This document shows positions 18,146 to 27,767 of a stretch of DNA of 64,000 nucleotides, one piece after another. Source of the DNA: Thermomicrobiales bacterium (GTDB lineage Bacteria > Chloroflexota > Chloroflexia > Thermomicrobiales > UBA6265). Location: contig JBBRVX010000001.1 of the NCBI GenBank assembly GCA_038246475.1, forward strand, positions 16,501 through 80,500, given 5' to 3'. The translations under genes were made by a program, and so were the position numbers. The notes below the pieces were generated by a model, which saw only the letters and a program-made list of their open reading frames with translations, had not been told where the DNA came from and did no database searches. How positions within the stretch are numbered: the stretch's first letter is position 1; the number at the start of each line of letters is the position of its first letter.

Positions 18146-18931
18146 CTACGAATTGCTCCGGATGCTGTCGCGCCACGATATGAGCTGCTCGATCGGTTGG
18201 AAGTCAAATTCGGGCCCTTCGACGCCGAAAATCAGATGGGTGATTCCGTTCTTGACATAGTCGTCCGCGAGCTTGATCCGATCCGCGTCGCCGAAGAGAA
18301 GCGACCGCTCGATGGTGGATGGATCGCGGCCGACCTTGGCGCACCAGTCGTCCAGCACCCGGCTCAGCCGCCCGATCTCGTCGGGATAGCCGAAGCTGTT
18401 CCAGATGTCGGCATGTTGGGCCACCAGCCGCAGCGTCACCTTTTCGCCCGAGCCGCCGATCATGATCGGCAGCGTGCCGTTGACCGGGCCGGGGTTGAGC
18501 TTGGCGAGGCGCTCCTCGATGAGGGGGAGCGCCGCCGCCAGGTCGCGCAGACGAGCAGGCGCATCCTTGAAGTCGTAGCCATACTCGTCATAGTCCCGCT
18601 CGAACCAGCCGCTGCCGAGCCCGAGGATGAAACGGCCGCCCGAGATGTGGTCGATGGTGCGCGCCATGTCGGCCAACAGATTGGGATTGCGGTAGGAATT
18701 GCAGGCCACCAGTGGGCCGATCGTGGCGTGCGCGGTCGATTCTGCCATGGCCGCCAGGAGGGTCATCCCCTCGAAGTGGAGGCCATCCGGTTCTCCCGAC
18801 AGCGGGAAAAAGTGGTCCCAGGTCCAGAGCGAATCGACACCCATGGCGTCGGCGAACTTCCAGGCATCGCGCTGCGCCGCCACCGGCGCATGCTGCGGCT
18901 TGATCTGGACCCCGATCTTCACATCCGGCAC
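18146..18931 (-). CDS. LLM-class (luciferase-like) F420-dependent oxidoreductase
   Basis: [36 protein letters not shown] and [20 protein letters not shown] are typical LLM motifs. GTG start at 18931 preceded by GAGGGGGG. Confidence 0.8.
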   Translation of the reverse strand: MPDVKIGVQIKPQHAPVAAQRDAWKFADAMGVDSLWTWDHFFPLSGEPDGLHFEGMTLLAAMAESTAHATIGPLVACNSYRNPNLLADMARTIDHISGGRFILGLGSGWFERDYDEYGYDFKDAPARLRDLAAALPLIEERLAKLNPGPVNGTLPIMIGGSGEKVTLRLVAQHADIWNSFGYPDEIGRLSRVLDDWCAKVGRDPSTIERSLLFGDADRIKLADDYVKNGITHLIFGVEGPEFDFQPIEQLISWRDSIRSNS

Positions 18932-18950
18932 GCTGGTTTCCCCCCTCACG

Positions 18951-19592
18951 TTACGCGAGATTGGGTGACAACACCCGCTCCTGCACAGTTTGCCGCATGG
19001 CGGCCAGAATCGACGCGGCGGGTTGCGCGCCGCTGAGCGCGTAGCGATCGTCGAAGACGAAGAACGGCACACCGGTAACCCCGAGCCGGTAGGCGTTCGC
19101 GATCGCCGCCGCCGTTTCGGCGACGCCGTCGTCGCTCTGCAGGCGCCGCAGCGTCTCGGCGCGATTCATCCCCGCCGCCTCGGCAATGTCGGCCAGCGTC
19201 TCCAGATCCGCGACGTTCTTCTGCTCATTGAAATAAGCGCGCTGCAAGCCTTCCACCACGGCCGTCTTCTTGTCGTCGGGCGCAAGCAAGACGAGCCGAT
19301 GCGCGTTTTCCGAAGGCGCCCGCACAGCGTCGTCGAAGTTGAACTCCACGCCGACATTGCGGCCGGCCTGCTTCACCCGCTCGAACATCGGCGTGAGATT
19401 CTCGGCGCCGAACTTTTTCTCATAGAAGTCCCGGATCGGAACGCCGGCCGCGGGGACGTCCTGATCGAGCAGAAACGGTTGCCAGGTTATTGTCACCGGC
19501 TCGCCGTCCCATTGTTGCAACGCGGTTTCGAGATTCGCCTTGCCGATGCGGCACCAGGGGCAAGCGATGTCGTGATAGACGTCGATCTTCAC
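18951..19592 (-). CDS. DsbA/FrnE-family thiol oxidoreductase
   Basis: [18 protein letters not shown] (CPWC active site) and a C-terminal [11 protein letters not shown]. Start chosen at the GTG of VKIDVY. Confidence 0.85.
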   Translation of the reverse strand: MKIDVYHDIACPWCRIGKANLETALQQWDGEPVTITWQPFLLDQDVPAAGVPIRDFYEKKFGAENLTPMFERVKQAGRNVGVEFNFDDAVRAPSENAHRLVLLAPDDKKTAVVEGLQRAYFNEQKNVADLETLADIAEAAGMNRAETLRRLQSDDGVAETAAAIANAYRLGVTGVPFFVFDDRYALSGAQPAASILAAMRQTVQERVLSPNLA

Positions 19593-19929
19593 GGTCCAAC
19601 TCCGATTACATGTTTTCGATACAGGAAGGCTCAAGGGCTAACGCTTCCTGATTGGAAGTATTGGATAGTGAGGATACGCGAAGCGGAGACGGACTACATC
19701 GCTGGAGTTCCGTCATGAATCAAACGCGGGGCGATGCCCCGGTGCTGTTTGAAGCGATTGATCGGTCGTACCACACTCAGGCGTATTCGGCGGATCAAGG
19801 CTTGGAGCCTTCATCCTTAGAATCGCATGCAGCGGGAGAAGCTCGGTTCCCTTCGAAATGATGCGGGCGCGTCCATTCTTCCTTCATGGCCTTCAGCGCG
19901 CCCGCCCGTTCCCCGCAATGCAAGACTCC

Positions 19930-20631
19930 CTACGAGGCCCGCGACAGATTGTGGACCTTCCATCCCAGGACGAGATGGAAAGCAATGAGTGCGAAAACAC
20001 TGACCACGGCGATGGGGGAGAGCGGATCGATCAGAAGGAAAGCTGCCGCGATGAATCCAACCACCCCGAGCACCACGCTCACGCCGCCAAAGCCCGTGCC
20101 AAAGGCCGGGGCCCCGAGCATGGCTACCCCGATGGCAATGAGACCGATAGGCACAAGGAGGATTCCTGCGCCGAACAGTGCATCGAATATGCCCTCGGTC
20201 GCTTGCCACACGAGGACGAGTGTCGCCTGATCCTCGGGGGTGGCCCCAGGCGCATGATAGAGGTCGGAAATCGGAGCGGTTGCGACATGCGGGAGAGCTC
20301 CGGCCGCGAGCACGACAAGACCCAAAATACCCACGACGCTTCCGAAGAGAGCGGGCGCGAGCCTCGTCCTGCGGAGCGCCCGGTACAGGGCGAGGAAATG
20401 GGCGACCCACAGGATGAGGACCCCCAGGTACAGGCCGTTCTCGACCGTGCGCGCCGCTCGGATGTCGGGGAACCTCATGACCGACCCCTCGGGTTCGGCA
20501 GGATCCGCTCCCACGAACACGGCGACGATGGCGAAGACCAGTATGAAGAGGACGCCGCCCAGGATACCGGCCAGACCACCCCATCGCAGAACGCTTTTCT
20601 CCCCCTCTATCTGCTGTGCATCATTCATCAT
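19930..20631 (-). CDS. Hypothetical polytopic membrane protein
   Basis: Six or more hydrophobic segments (for example GLAGILGGVLFILVFAIVAVFV and GVSVVLGVVGFIAAAFLLI). Start at MMNDAQQ. Confidence 0.65.
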   Translation of the reverse strand: MMNDAQQIEGEKSVLRWGGLAGILGGVLFILVFAIVAVFVGADPAEPEGSVMRFPDIRAARTVENGLYLGVLILWVAHFLALYRALRRTRLAPALFGSVVGILGLVVLAAGALPHVATAPISDLYHAPGATPEDQATLVLVWQATEGIFDALFGAGILLVPIGLIAIGVAMLGAPAFGTGFGGVSVVLGVVGFIAAAFLLIDPLSPIAVVSVFALIAFHLVLGWKVHNLSRAS

Positions 20632-20854
20632 GCATCTCTTGTTATTGGCCAATCCATGCAACACGGCCAGATCGACTGCCGGGCAGGCGCCTCCCCGCCC
20701 CAATCAGCGTCCGCGACTGGGCGCGCTCGGCCTAAATCAGGGCCACGTCGTACTTGGTCGTGCGCATGCGAGGTCTCCTGGCTGAACCGGCCGTCGTGTC
20801 CGAGGGCAACCTAGCTTTTCGGTCATCGCCCCGCGGTTCATTCATGACGGAACA

Positions 20855-21946
20855 CTAGCCGCTTTCGGCCGCGATTTCATCCAGTGCCACCGTCCGGCTC
20901 TCGGCGGCGGATCGGTAGGATGCAAAGAGCGTGCGCAACGTGCCGAGGTTGTCGGCGCCGGAAGTGAGCGGCTCGCCGCCGGTCTGGATGGCGGCCATCA
21001 ACGAGGCCATCGGGCCGGCGAACGCGTCCGGAATCCACCGGGTGGAGAGATCGGCCGCGAACCACTGGCCCGGCTCGCGCCGAGATGCGTAGGAGAGCGT
21101 ATCAACGCGGCCGGTCGGGTAGTCGTAGAGCAAGCCGAGCGTGCCGGTGATGATGCCGTCGGCGCCGAGAAAGCGAAAACGGGCATAGGCGTCGTCGCTC
21201 CAGTTGTGGTGGTTGACGTCGATGGTCACCCGCCGCTCGTCCGCGTAACCAAAGATCGTGAGCGTGCGGGTTTCGCCGGCCTCCGCTTGCGACGGCCAGC
21301 GGCCGTGAACCGAGGTGACGCGCGCGGGATCGCCGCAGAGGTAGCGCATGGCATCCTGATAATGGATGCTGTGGTACATGATCTCCAACCGCTCGGAGTT
21401 GGCGATCCAGGGCCACATCGTCCAGGGGGTGCGGATGCTGACCTCCACCCGGGCGTCGGCCGGGATGCCCACGGCGCCCAGCGCGATGAGCTGCTTCGCC
21501 ACGGCGATGCCCGCGTCCCAGCGCATCTGCTGATTGACCGCCAGCTTCACCCCACGTTCCTGGGCCAGGTTCACGAGCCGTACGGCGTCGGAATAATCGT
21601 CTGCCAGCGGTTTTTGACAGAGAACGTGTTTTCCGGCGGCGACCGCGAGTTCCGCGATGCGGACCTGATCCCAGGGCGTCACCGCGATGTCGACGATCTC
21701 GATCCGGGGGTCGGTCAGCAACTGCTCGACACTCCCGGCGACGGAGGGGATGCCATGCTCCCTGGCGGTGCGCGCGGCCGCTTTGGGGTCGCGGTCGTAG
21801 CAGGCCAGCACCTGAAAGCCGGCCTGCCGGTAGGCGGGAAGATGGGCATAGTTGACGATGCCGCCGCAGCCAATGACCCCGATGCCGTAGTCGATCTTGG
21901 GCGGCAGCGCGATGGTGTCGGTCACATTGAATTCAGCGAGATTCAT
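20855..21946 (-). CDS. Gfo/Idh/MocA-family NAD(P)-dependent oxidoreductase
   Basis: GIGVIGCGGIVNYAHLPAY Rossmann N-terminus and the EKPLA-like CQKPLA motif. Length about 360 aa. Confidence 0.85.
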   Translation of the reverse strand: MNLAEFNVTDTIALPPKIDYGIGVIGCGGIVNYAHLPAYRQAGFQVLACYDRDPKAAARTAREHGIPSVAGSVEQLLTDPRIEIVDIAVTPWDQVRIAELAVAAGKHVLCQKPLADDYSDAVRLVNLAQERGVKLAVNQQMRWDAGIAVAKQLIALGAVGIPADARVEVSIRTPWTMWPWIANSERLEIMYHSIHYQDAMRYLCGDPARVTSVHGRWPSQAEAGETRTLTIFGYADERRVTIDVNHHNWSDDAYARFRFLGADGIITGTLGLLYDYPTGRVDTLSYASRREPGQWFAADLSTRWIPDAFAGPMASLMAAIQTGGEPLTSGADNLGTLRTLFASYRSAAESRTVALDEIAAESG

Positions 21947-22274
21947 GGCACTGTTCCGCAAAAAATCTTGAAGCCTTTCCTTGTCCCGCCTTGCAGCGAA
22001 GGAGCCAGCGAATCCGCGTATCGGAAGCAGGAATCCGGGGAATCATTGTGGACTTTGAGACCAATTCATCCTTAAACCTAAAAGGACCTAAGTACCGCAT
22101 CGCAATCCATCCGAAATGTACACGACGGCATCCGGAACGTCGCGACAACGTTGAAATCTTCAAGCGACGATGGCATTGACATTTTGGGAACACCACATTG
22201 ATGTGCATGTAGGGTAAATTTCCCGAATCATTCCAATTGTCGCAATCATCAGGTTCAATGGAAGGGTGTCGCAC

Positions 22275-22832
22275 ATGCGTTCATTCACACTTTCCTGCAC
22301 CGCGCTGATTCTCATCATGTTGCTGAGTAATGCGGCTCCCAGCGACGCGCGAAAGAAGAACCATCGTCCCAACTTCCCACAAGAAGTCGCGATGGATGAT
22401 TCAAGTGTAATCAGCGACACGGCACACGAATTTACCGCCTCACAAGACTGCCGCGGAGACGTTTGCGCGGCTCAAGTTCAAGTAGTTTTCATGCCATTCG
22501 GCTGTGAGGGCACGAGTGACAATCCACACAAATCGCGGTTTGCGGAAGACAGGGGCAGGTGGGAAATTACCGGAAAGTCCCAAACCAAATGTGAGCAAAT
22601 GATAAAACGAGTAACAGCAGCGAATCAGCTTTACCGTAACCACCTTGTTTACTGGGGTGCTGAAGGAACGCCCGGATTCAAATCGAAACAAGACAGCAAG
22701 TACGTAGAAGCGGTAGCAGTGACTGCTTGCAATAACGATTTGTACCTCGTGGCGGCAACCCACACCCTGAACGGCTATAACAATAAACAGTACTTCGGTG
22801 CAAGTGGAAAGAGCGCGGCTGTCACATGCTGA
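22275..22832 (+). CDS. Hypothetical secreted cysteine-containing protein (low-GC islet gene 1)
   Basis: Signal peptide MRSFTLSCTALILIMLLSNAAPSDA, GGAAGGG upstream, and A/T-rich third codon positions unlike the rest of the window. No motif recognised. Confidence 0.6.
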   Translation: MRSFTLSCTALILIMLLSNAAPSDARKKNHRPNFPQEVAMDDSSVISDTAHEFTASQDCRGDVCAAQVQVVFMPFGCEGTSDNPHKSRFAEDRGRWEITGKSQTKCEQMIKRVTAANQLYRNHLVYWGAEGTPGFKSKQDSKYVEAVAVTACNNDLYLVAATHTLNGYNNKQYFGASGKSAAVTC

Positions 22833-23506
22833 GCCGCCAACCATACGGTATGTGGCTTCTGCTGATGGTTGCTCTCGGGCTGAACGCATTCGTGCGAGCT
22901 CCGATGTCACTAACAAATCCAGAGGTTTCGGCACAGGAAGTTGCAAAAGATCAAGAGTCTGAAACTCATACGGCGGATCCAATTGAATGGGTCTTGATTG
23001 AAGACCCACCGCCAAATGTTCCAGTCCCAGCAATCATCTCAAACGAACACAACACTGTGGCAGTCAACGATAACCAACTCGGGGTTTCTGTCATGGTTCA
23101 CTGGATCATTGACGGGGAATCTGTTTCGCGCGATATCAAGACGCCATTTCCTTGGCCTGATCCGATTGCGATTAGAGGCGACTATCTTACGATCGATCTG
23201 GGAACCGCCGTCGCGCCAATCGAAGTCGAAGCGCGCGTATTCCAGACAATTGATGACAACGGTCTCCCGACGCCCCCTTCACCTGCGCTATGGTGCAAGT
23301 ACCTTTCCCTATCCTCGGGATGTCGCATCACCAGGGCCGATCAAGGTGAGAATTGGAAAATCGTCATTGAACTTCCCGCTGATCCTGGCGCTACGTTTGT
23401 TTCATTGCGGGGCAGTTGGGGGCTGCCGTCTGACTATCCGCCTGAGATCGCTCCTGACTGGTCCCGTTTTGACGCTGCTTGGCTGTTCGCCATTGACAAT
23501 GGTTGA
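22826..23506 (+). CDS. Hypothetical secreted protein (low-GC islet gene 2)
   Basis: The ATG overlaps the gene 1 stop (ATGCTGA). Hydrophobic signal-like N-terminus MWLLLMVALGLNAFVRAP. The mature part looks beta-rich. No motif recognised. Confidence 0.55.
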   Translation: MLSRQPYGMWLLLMVALGLNAFVRAPMSLTNPEVSAQEVAKDQESETHTADPIEWVLIEDPPPNVPVPAIISNEHNTVAVNDNQLGVSVMVHWIIDGESVSRDIKTPFPWPDPIAIRGDYLTIDLGTAVAPIEVEARVFQTIDDNGLPTPPSPALWCKYLSLSSGCRITRADQGENWKIVIELPADPGATFVSLRGSWGLPSDYPPEIAPDWSRFDAAWLFAIDNG

Positions 23507-23644
23507 CTGAACGAGTTGTTCTATCCAGGGTTCGAACAAGTTCTGCGTCTCCTGCAGCGTCAGTACCGCATGGAACCTCATGCACCTGATTTCTTTAACA
23601 ATGTGGCAGCATCGCGAGGGTAGGGAGAGCATACTGAGAAAACG

Positions 23645-24526
23645 ATGTATATCGAGGAGAAAGTCGACGCTCTTTGCACATCCCCAACTGGCTGTGCGTT
23701 CCTCATGGTTGTCGAAGAAAACGAGGTGCCGGTTGGGTCCGCCGCCGATCCGAGCGTTGCGGTCCACGTCGCGGCTGTCGCGGTGAACGCCATCGACCAA
23801 TGGAAATCACATCACGAGCACATCGTCGCCATGGCGTTAGCGCAGGGTCCTCGGCTCAGGAACCTCGCGCGTGCGATTCTGGCGCGCCCGGAAACGGCCT
23901 GGTGGTTTGCGCCGATCGACCTCGAAGCGCAGTGGAGGATATTGCGGCCCGACTCAAACGTCGGTCCCGAGGGCCTAGTTGCGCCGGCTTCGCCGCCGAC
24001 CAATTGGGAGCTTTACGCGCAGAAGCCGGCAACGACGAGCTATTCGTCGACGGTCGTTGGTGACACTTGCTCGATCTTGGCCGCGATGGAGCACTTGGCG
24101 GGCGATTTTCGCCCAGTCCCGCCAATCGGTCGTTTGCGATTGCGTGCTTCCTCCCAGGCGCGGGTGTTCGAAGTGGACGGCCCTCAAGCTTGGCGCCAAC
24201 TCGCAACACGGTACCCCTCCCACAACGAGCAAGGATTGATCGTGCCCGATTGGGGCTTATTCGCGGAAGAGTGGGACGCGGTCCATCTCACGTTGGGTGG
24301 ATTGCTAACAGCCGAACAGGTGCGCATCGGCATCGCCGAAAGGACGGAACTGCAGGGCTGGGCCGCGGAGCAGACGGCCTGGGTACGTTGGTGCTTCGAA
24401 GAGGTGGACCGACTGCCGGATCTCGCCAATCCACCTCCGTCGCCGGTCCCGCTCGATCCGCCAATAGGATTGCAGATCCCTGATCCAAGCTCGCCTGGAG
24501 CTTGGTTTCTGGCCCTTAACCCATGA
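23645..24526 (+). CDS. Hypothetical cytoplasmic Trp-rich protein
   Basis: 293-aa ORF at normal GC. The segment VFEVDGPQAWRQLATRYP..IVPDWGLFAEEWDAVHLTLGGLLTAEQ..GWAAEQTAWVRW resembles uncharacterised actinobacterial proteins I recall, but this is unverified. Confidence 0.55.
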   Translation: MYIEEKVDALCTSPTGCAFLMVVEENEVPVGSAADPSVAVHVAAVAVNAIDQWKSHHEHIVAMALAQGPRLRNLARAILARPETAWWFAPIDLEAQWRILRPDSNVGPEGLVAPASPPTNWELYAQKPATTSYSSTVVGDTCSILAAMEHLAGDFRPVPPIGRLRLRASSQARVFEVDGPQAWRQLATRYPSHNEQGLIVPDWGLFAEEWDAVHLTLGGLLTAEQVRIGIAERTELQGWAAEQTAWVRWCFEEVDRLPDLANPPPSPVPLDPPIGLQIPDPSSPGAWFLALNP

Positions 24527-25763
24527 GGCGAAGCCCTTCGGTCTTTTTTTGAGCCCAGCACAGAGTGTCGCTGCTGGGCGCGTCGGTCGCGATGGCCGCT
24601 TGCACGGCCTCGTCAATGATGTGAACGAGCGCCGGGAGGTCGCGCGAGCGAGGCAGCGTGCGGGCTCCCTCATGCAAGCGTGGCAGTTCCGCGTAGAACG
24701 GGATCAGCGCGTTCACCTCGGGGTCGGTCCAGGTCGAGAGGCGGCAGCCGATGCCCCCTTCGAGGGTAATGAGCTTGTCCATCGCCGGGGTGCAGCAGTG
24801 CCGGGCGAAGGCATAGGCGACCTTGGGGTGCGGGCTGCCCGCGGCGACCGCCAGCAGCCAATAGACAATCAGCGAAGTAGGCGAAATCCCTTCCGCGCTG
24901 GGTAGGGTGGTGACGCCGGTCTTCCCTTTCACGGCACACCCCGGTAGCTCGCAGACGGCGGCGAAGCCGAACCAGTTGACCATCATCGCCACCGATCCGG
25001 CGGCAAAGAGCTCTCCGCTCTTGACCGAGTCGATTTTCTCCTGTCCCGCTGGGCTGACGCCCCGGTCGTTGACCATGCGCCGGTAGAAATCGAGCGCGGC
25101 GACGGCTTCGGGAGTTGCGAGCGACGGCTTGCCTTCGGCGTCGGTCAGCTCGCCGCCGCGGCTCCAGAGCTGGAGGCAGAAGTCGTAGACACTGTTGTGG
25201 CCGTCCGGGAAGGCGGCGAAGATTGTGCCATACAGCCCCTGCTCTGGCCGGGTGAAAAAGCGGGCCACGTCCTCGAACTGGCGCCAGGCGCCGGGGACGG
25301 CGAGCGGATAGCCGAATCGCGCCGCAAATGCCGATTGCTCGGCAGGATCGGCGAAAAGGTCCGTGCGGTAGATCAGGCATTCGGGGCCATCATGATACGG
25401 CAGTCCATAGATGGCGTCGCCGAACCGCTGCATGCCGGTCAGCGACGGCGCCCAGCCGGCGGGATAGTCCGGAACCGGATCGCCTGCCATGAATGGCGCG
25501 AGATCGAGAAGGGAGCCTTCCGCGACCGCGTCCGCCAGCCAATCGGTGACGATGAACGCGATGTCCCAGGTCCCATCTCTTAACCCTCCCCGCGTGAAGA
25601 GGGAATCGACGAGCCGGTTGAGGTCGAGCGATTCCCACTCCAGGCGCAAGGGGCAGCCGGTGGCGGCCTGGAAACTGGCCCATTGCTTCTCAATCGCCGA
25701 CTCGAACGGGGAGAAGCGGCGGATGGCGACGCGAAACGTCTTCTGGCGATCGAACCTGCTCAT
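24516..25763 (-). CDS. Family-1 extracellular-solute-binding-protein fold, but without a signal peptide
   Basis: Motifs [38 protein letters not shown] and [11 protein letters not shown] are typical of sugar-type SBPs. The N-terminus [17 protein letters not shown] has no hydrophobic segment. An ATGA overlap links it to the upstream CoA-transferase gene. Confidence 0.7.
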   Translation of the reverse strand: MSRFDRQKTFRVAIRRFSPFESAIEKQWASFQAATGCPLRLEWESLDLNRLVDSLFTRGGLRDGTWDIAFIVTDWLADAVAEGSLLDLAPFMAGDPVPDYPAGWAPSLTGMQRFGDAIYGLPYHDGPECLIYRTDLFADPAEQSAFAARFGYPLAVPGAWRQFEDVARFFTRPEQGLYGTIFAAFPDGHNSVYDFCLQLWSRGGELTDAEGKPSLATPEAVAALDFYRRMVNDRGVSPAGQEKIDSVKSGELFAAGSVAMMVNWFGFAAVCELPGCAVKGKTGVTTLPSAEGISPTSLIVYWLLAVAAGSPHPKVAYAFARHCCTPAMDKLITLEGGIGCRLSTWTDPEVNALIPFYAELPRLHEGARTLPRSRDLPALVHIIDEAVQAAIATDAPSSDTLCWAQKKTEGLRLMG

Positions 25764-26974
25764 GAGCTCTTCTCCTCGACGCCAAGGTGGGGCGCGGCGA
25801 GCTCGGCTCGGATCGCCTCGTCATCCTCACCGACCGTCGGCGCGCCACGCGAGGAGGTCAAAACGCCGCCGTCGATGCGAATCGGGCAGCGCGTCGTCTC
25901 CAGCGATGCGCCGTTCGCGCGGCTGACGCGTTGCGTCATGCCCAGCGCCTGAAACCCCTCCTGCGCGCGCAAACGCGGCCAGGTCAGCACGTCGGCGCAC
26001 CACATATCGGACGGCTCAAGGATAGCGAGCCATTCGCCCGTCGTCCGTTTCCGGAGGTGAGCGGCCAGGATCGCCTTGATGGGGTCGCGTTCGCTGAACC
26101 AGGATTGCGGTTCGCTGTACGCCAGGAGCGCGTCGCAACCGATCAGCTCGCCGAGAGGCGGCACGGGCATCATGGCGATCGCCAGGTAGCCATCCGCCGT
26201 CGGGTAGATCCCATAGGGCGCCGCGAGATAGGCGTGGGCGCTGTTGATCGCGCTCCGTTCCGGTGGCAGCCCGCCGTCGTTGAGGTGGGTCGTGAGCACT
26301 TCGAACTGGAAATCGAGCACGCTCTCCAGCAGGCTGACCTCGACCAGCCCGCCCTGGCCAGAGATGCCGCGCCGCACCAGGCAGGCGAGAACGCCTTGCA
26401 CCAGATGGGCGCCGGCCATCATGTCGGCCACGGCCAGCCCCATCGGCACCGGACCTTGATCGGCGTCCCCGGAAAGCCAGGCCAGCCCGGAAAGCGATTG
26501 CGCCAGCAGGTCCTGGCCCGGTTTGTCGCGCCAGGGGCCGCGATCCCCGTAGCCGGAGATCGAGCCGTAGACCAGCCGCGGGTTGATGGCGCTCACGCTC
26601 GGGTAGTCGAGCCCGATCCGCTCGATCACCCCGGGGCGAAAGTTCTGAATGAGGACATCGGCGCGGGCAATCAACTCGCGCACCGCCGCCAGATCGCCCT
26701 CGTCCTTCAGGTCGGCAGCGAAACTCTCCTTGTTGCGATTGATGGAGTGGAAGAGGGTGCTGTCGCCATCCAGCTCCAGATTGGAGATGTAGAGATGCCG
26801 GCAGAGGTCGCCCGCGCCCGGTCGCTCGATTTTCACTACCCGCGCGCCCAGGTCGGCCAGCCGCAGGGCCGCCGCCGGTCCCGCCAGAAACTGGCTCAGG
26901 TCGAGCACCAGCAGCCCGGCCAGGGGGCGCTGCTCCGGATCGAGGGGGCCAGGCGGCAGGATGGATTCAGACAT
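25760..26974 (-). CDS. Family III (CaiB/BaiF) CoA-transferase
   Basis: [40 protein letters not shown]-terminal signature. Start at [10 protein letters not shown]. Confidence 0.9.
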   Translation of the reverse strand: MSESILPPGPLDPEQRPLAGLLVLDLSQFLAGPAAALRLADLGARVVKIERPGAGDLCRHLYISNLELDGDSTLFHSINRNKESFAADLKDEGDLAAVRELIARADVLIQNFRPGVIERIGLDYPSVSAINPRLVYGSISGYGDRGPWRDKPGQDLLAQSLSGLAWLSGDADQGPVPMGLAVADMMAGAHLVQGVLACLVRRGISGQGGLVEVSLLESVLDFQFEVLTTHLNDGGLPPERSAINSAHAYLAAPYGIYPTADGYLAIAMMPVPPLGELIGCDALLAYSEPQSWFSERDPIKAILAAHLRKRTTGEWLAILEPSDMWCADVLTWPRLRAQEGFQALGMTQRVSRANGASLETTRCPIRIDGGVLTSSRGAPTVGEDDEAIRAELAAPHLGVEEKSS

Positions 26975-27187
26975 CGGGCAGACGCTCAGGCGAGCGGAGC
27001 AGAACAGCATCCAAGGCGATCAACGGACATTTCCCCTCTGACGATGCCTGAGCCAGACCGGCAAGAGTACGCTTTTGTCGTTCGGGGCCGCATCATTGCG
27101 GCAGGCGGGGATGATGTCAACCACCAGGGCCGCCCCCGAACATCGGGCTTCCCGGGACACCATGACGAGTCCGGCGGAGAGGATGCC

Positions 27188-27655
27188 ATGCAGTTTCGGG
27201 AACGCTTCTTCGAAGACTACGCCGAAGGGGAAGAACGCCTGACCCTGGGCCGCACCATCACCGAAGCCGACATCGTCCTGCACGCTGGGCAGACCGGCGA
27301 CTTCTACCCCCATCACATGGACGCCGAGTGGTGCCAGACGCAACCGTTTGGGCAGCGCGTGGCGCACGGCACGCTGATCTTCAGCGTGGCGGTGGGCATG
27401 ACCGCCGGGGATATCAACCCGCGCGGGTTCTCCTACGGGTACGATCGCCTCCGCTTCGTCAAGCCGGTCTTAATCGGCGACACGATCCGGGGACGGGTGA
27501 CGATCGCCGAGAAACGGCCCCACAAGCGTCCTGAAATGGGCCTGGTTGTCGAACGGCTGGAGGTGCTCAACCAGCGCGACGAGATGGTTCTGGTCTGCGA
27601 TCACCTCCTGCTCGTGGAACGGCGCGAGCCGTTGCCGCAGGACGCGACAGATTGA
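27188..27655 (+). CDS. MaoC-like (R)-specific enoyl-CoA hydratase/dehydratase (hot-dog fold)
   Basis: [38 protein letters not shown] fits the MaoC motif. The 622-aa track ORF upstream of 27188 is antisense junk over the CoA-transferase gene. Confidence 0.85.
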   Translation: MQFRERFFEDYAEGEERLTLGRTITEADIVLHAGQTGDFYPHHMDAEWCQTQPFGQRVAHGTLIFSVAVGMTAGDINPRGFSYGYDRLRFVKPVLIGDTIRGRVTIAEKRPHKRPEMGLVVERLEVLNQRDEMVLVCDHLLLVERREPLPQDATD

Positions 27656-27767
27656 AGAACGGGCCAATGCTCTGCCTCCACTCGCCTGAGGTCAACGATA
27701 CATGGCGTCTGTCTCAAGCGTTCTTTTCATGCACCCATGGCGGGCGTGCGGGCAGCGTGGAGTGTGC

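Noticed and set aside
19652-19861. 69-aa plus-strand ORF (or the 48-aa version from ATG 19715 with a weak GGAG) in the dsbA-upstream gap
   Set aside because: Third codon positions are A/T-rich, unlike genuine genes here, and there are no motifs. It is more likely promoter or leader sequence. It remains possible as a foreign small gene but is unsupported.
25787-27187. N-terminal 467 aa of the 622-aa plus-strand ORF
   Set aside because: It is antisense to the CaiB-type CoA-transferase gene. Only the last 155 codons (from ATG 27188) form a recognisable MaoC domain.
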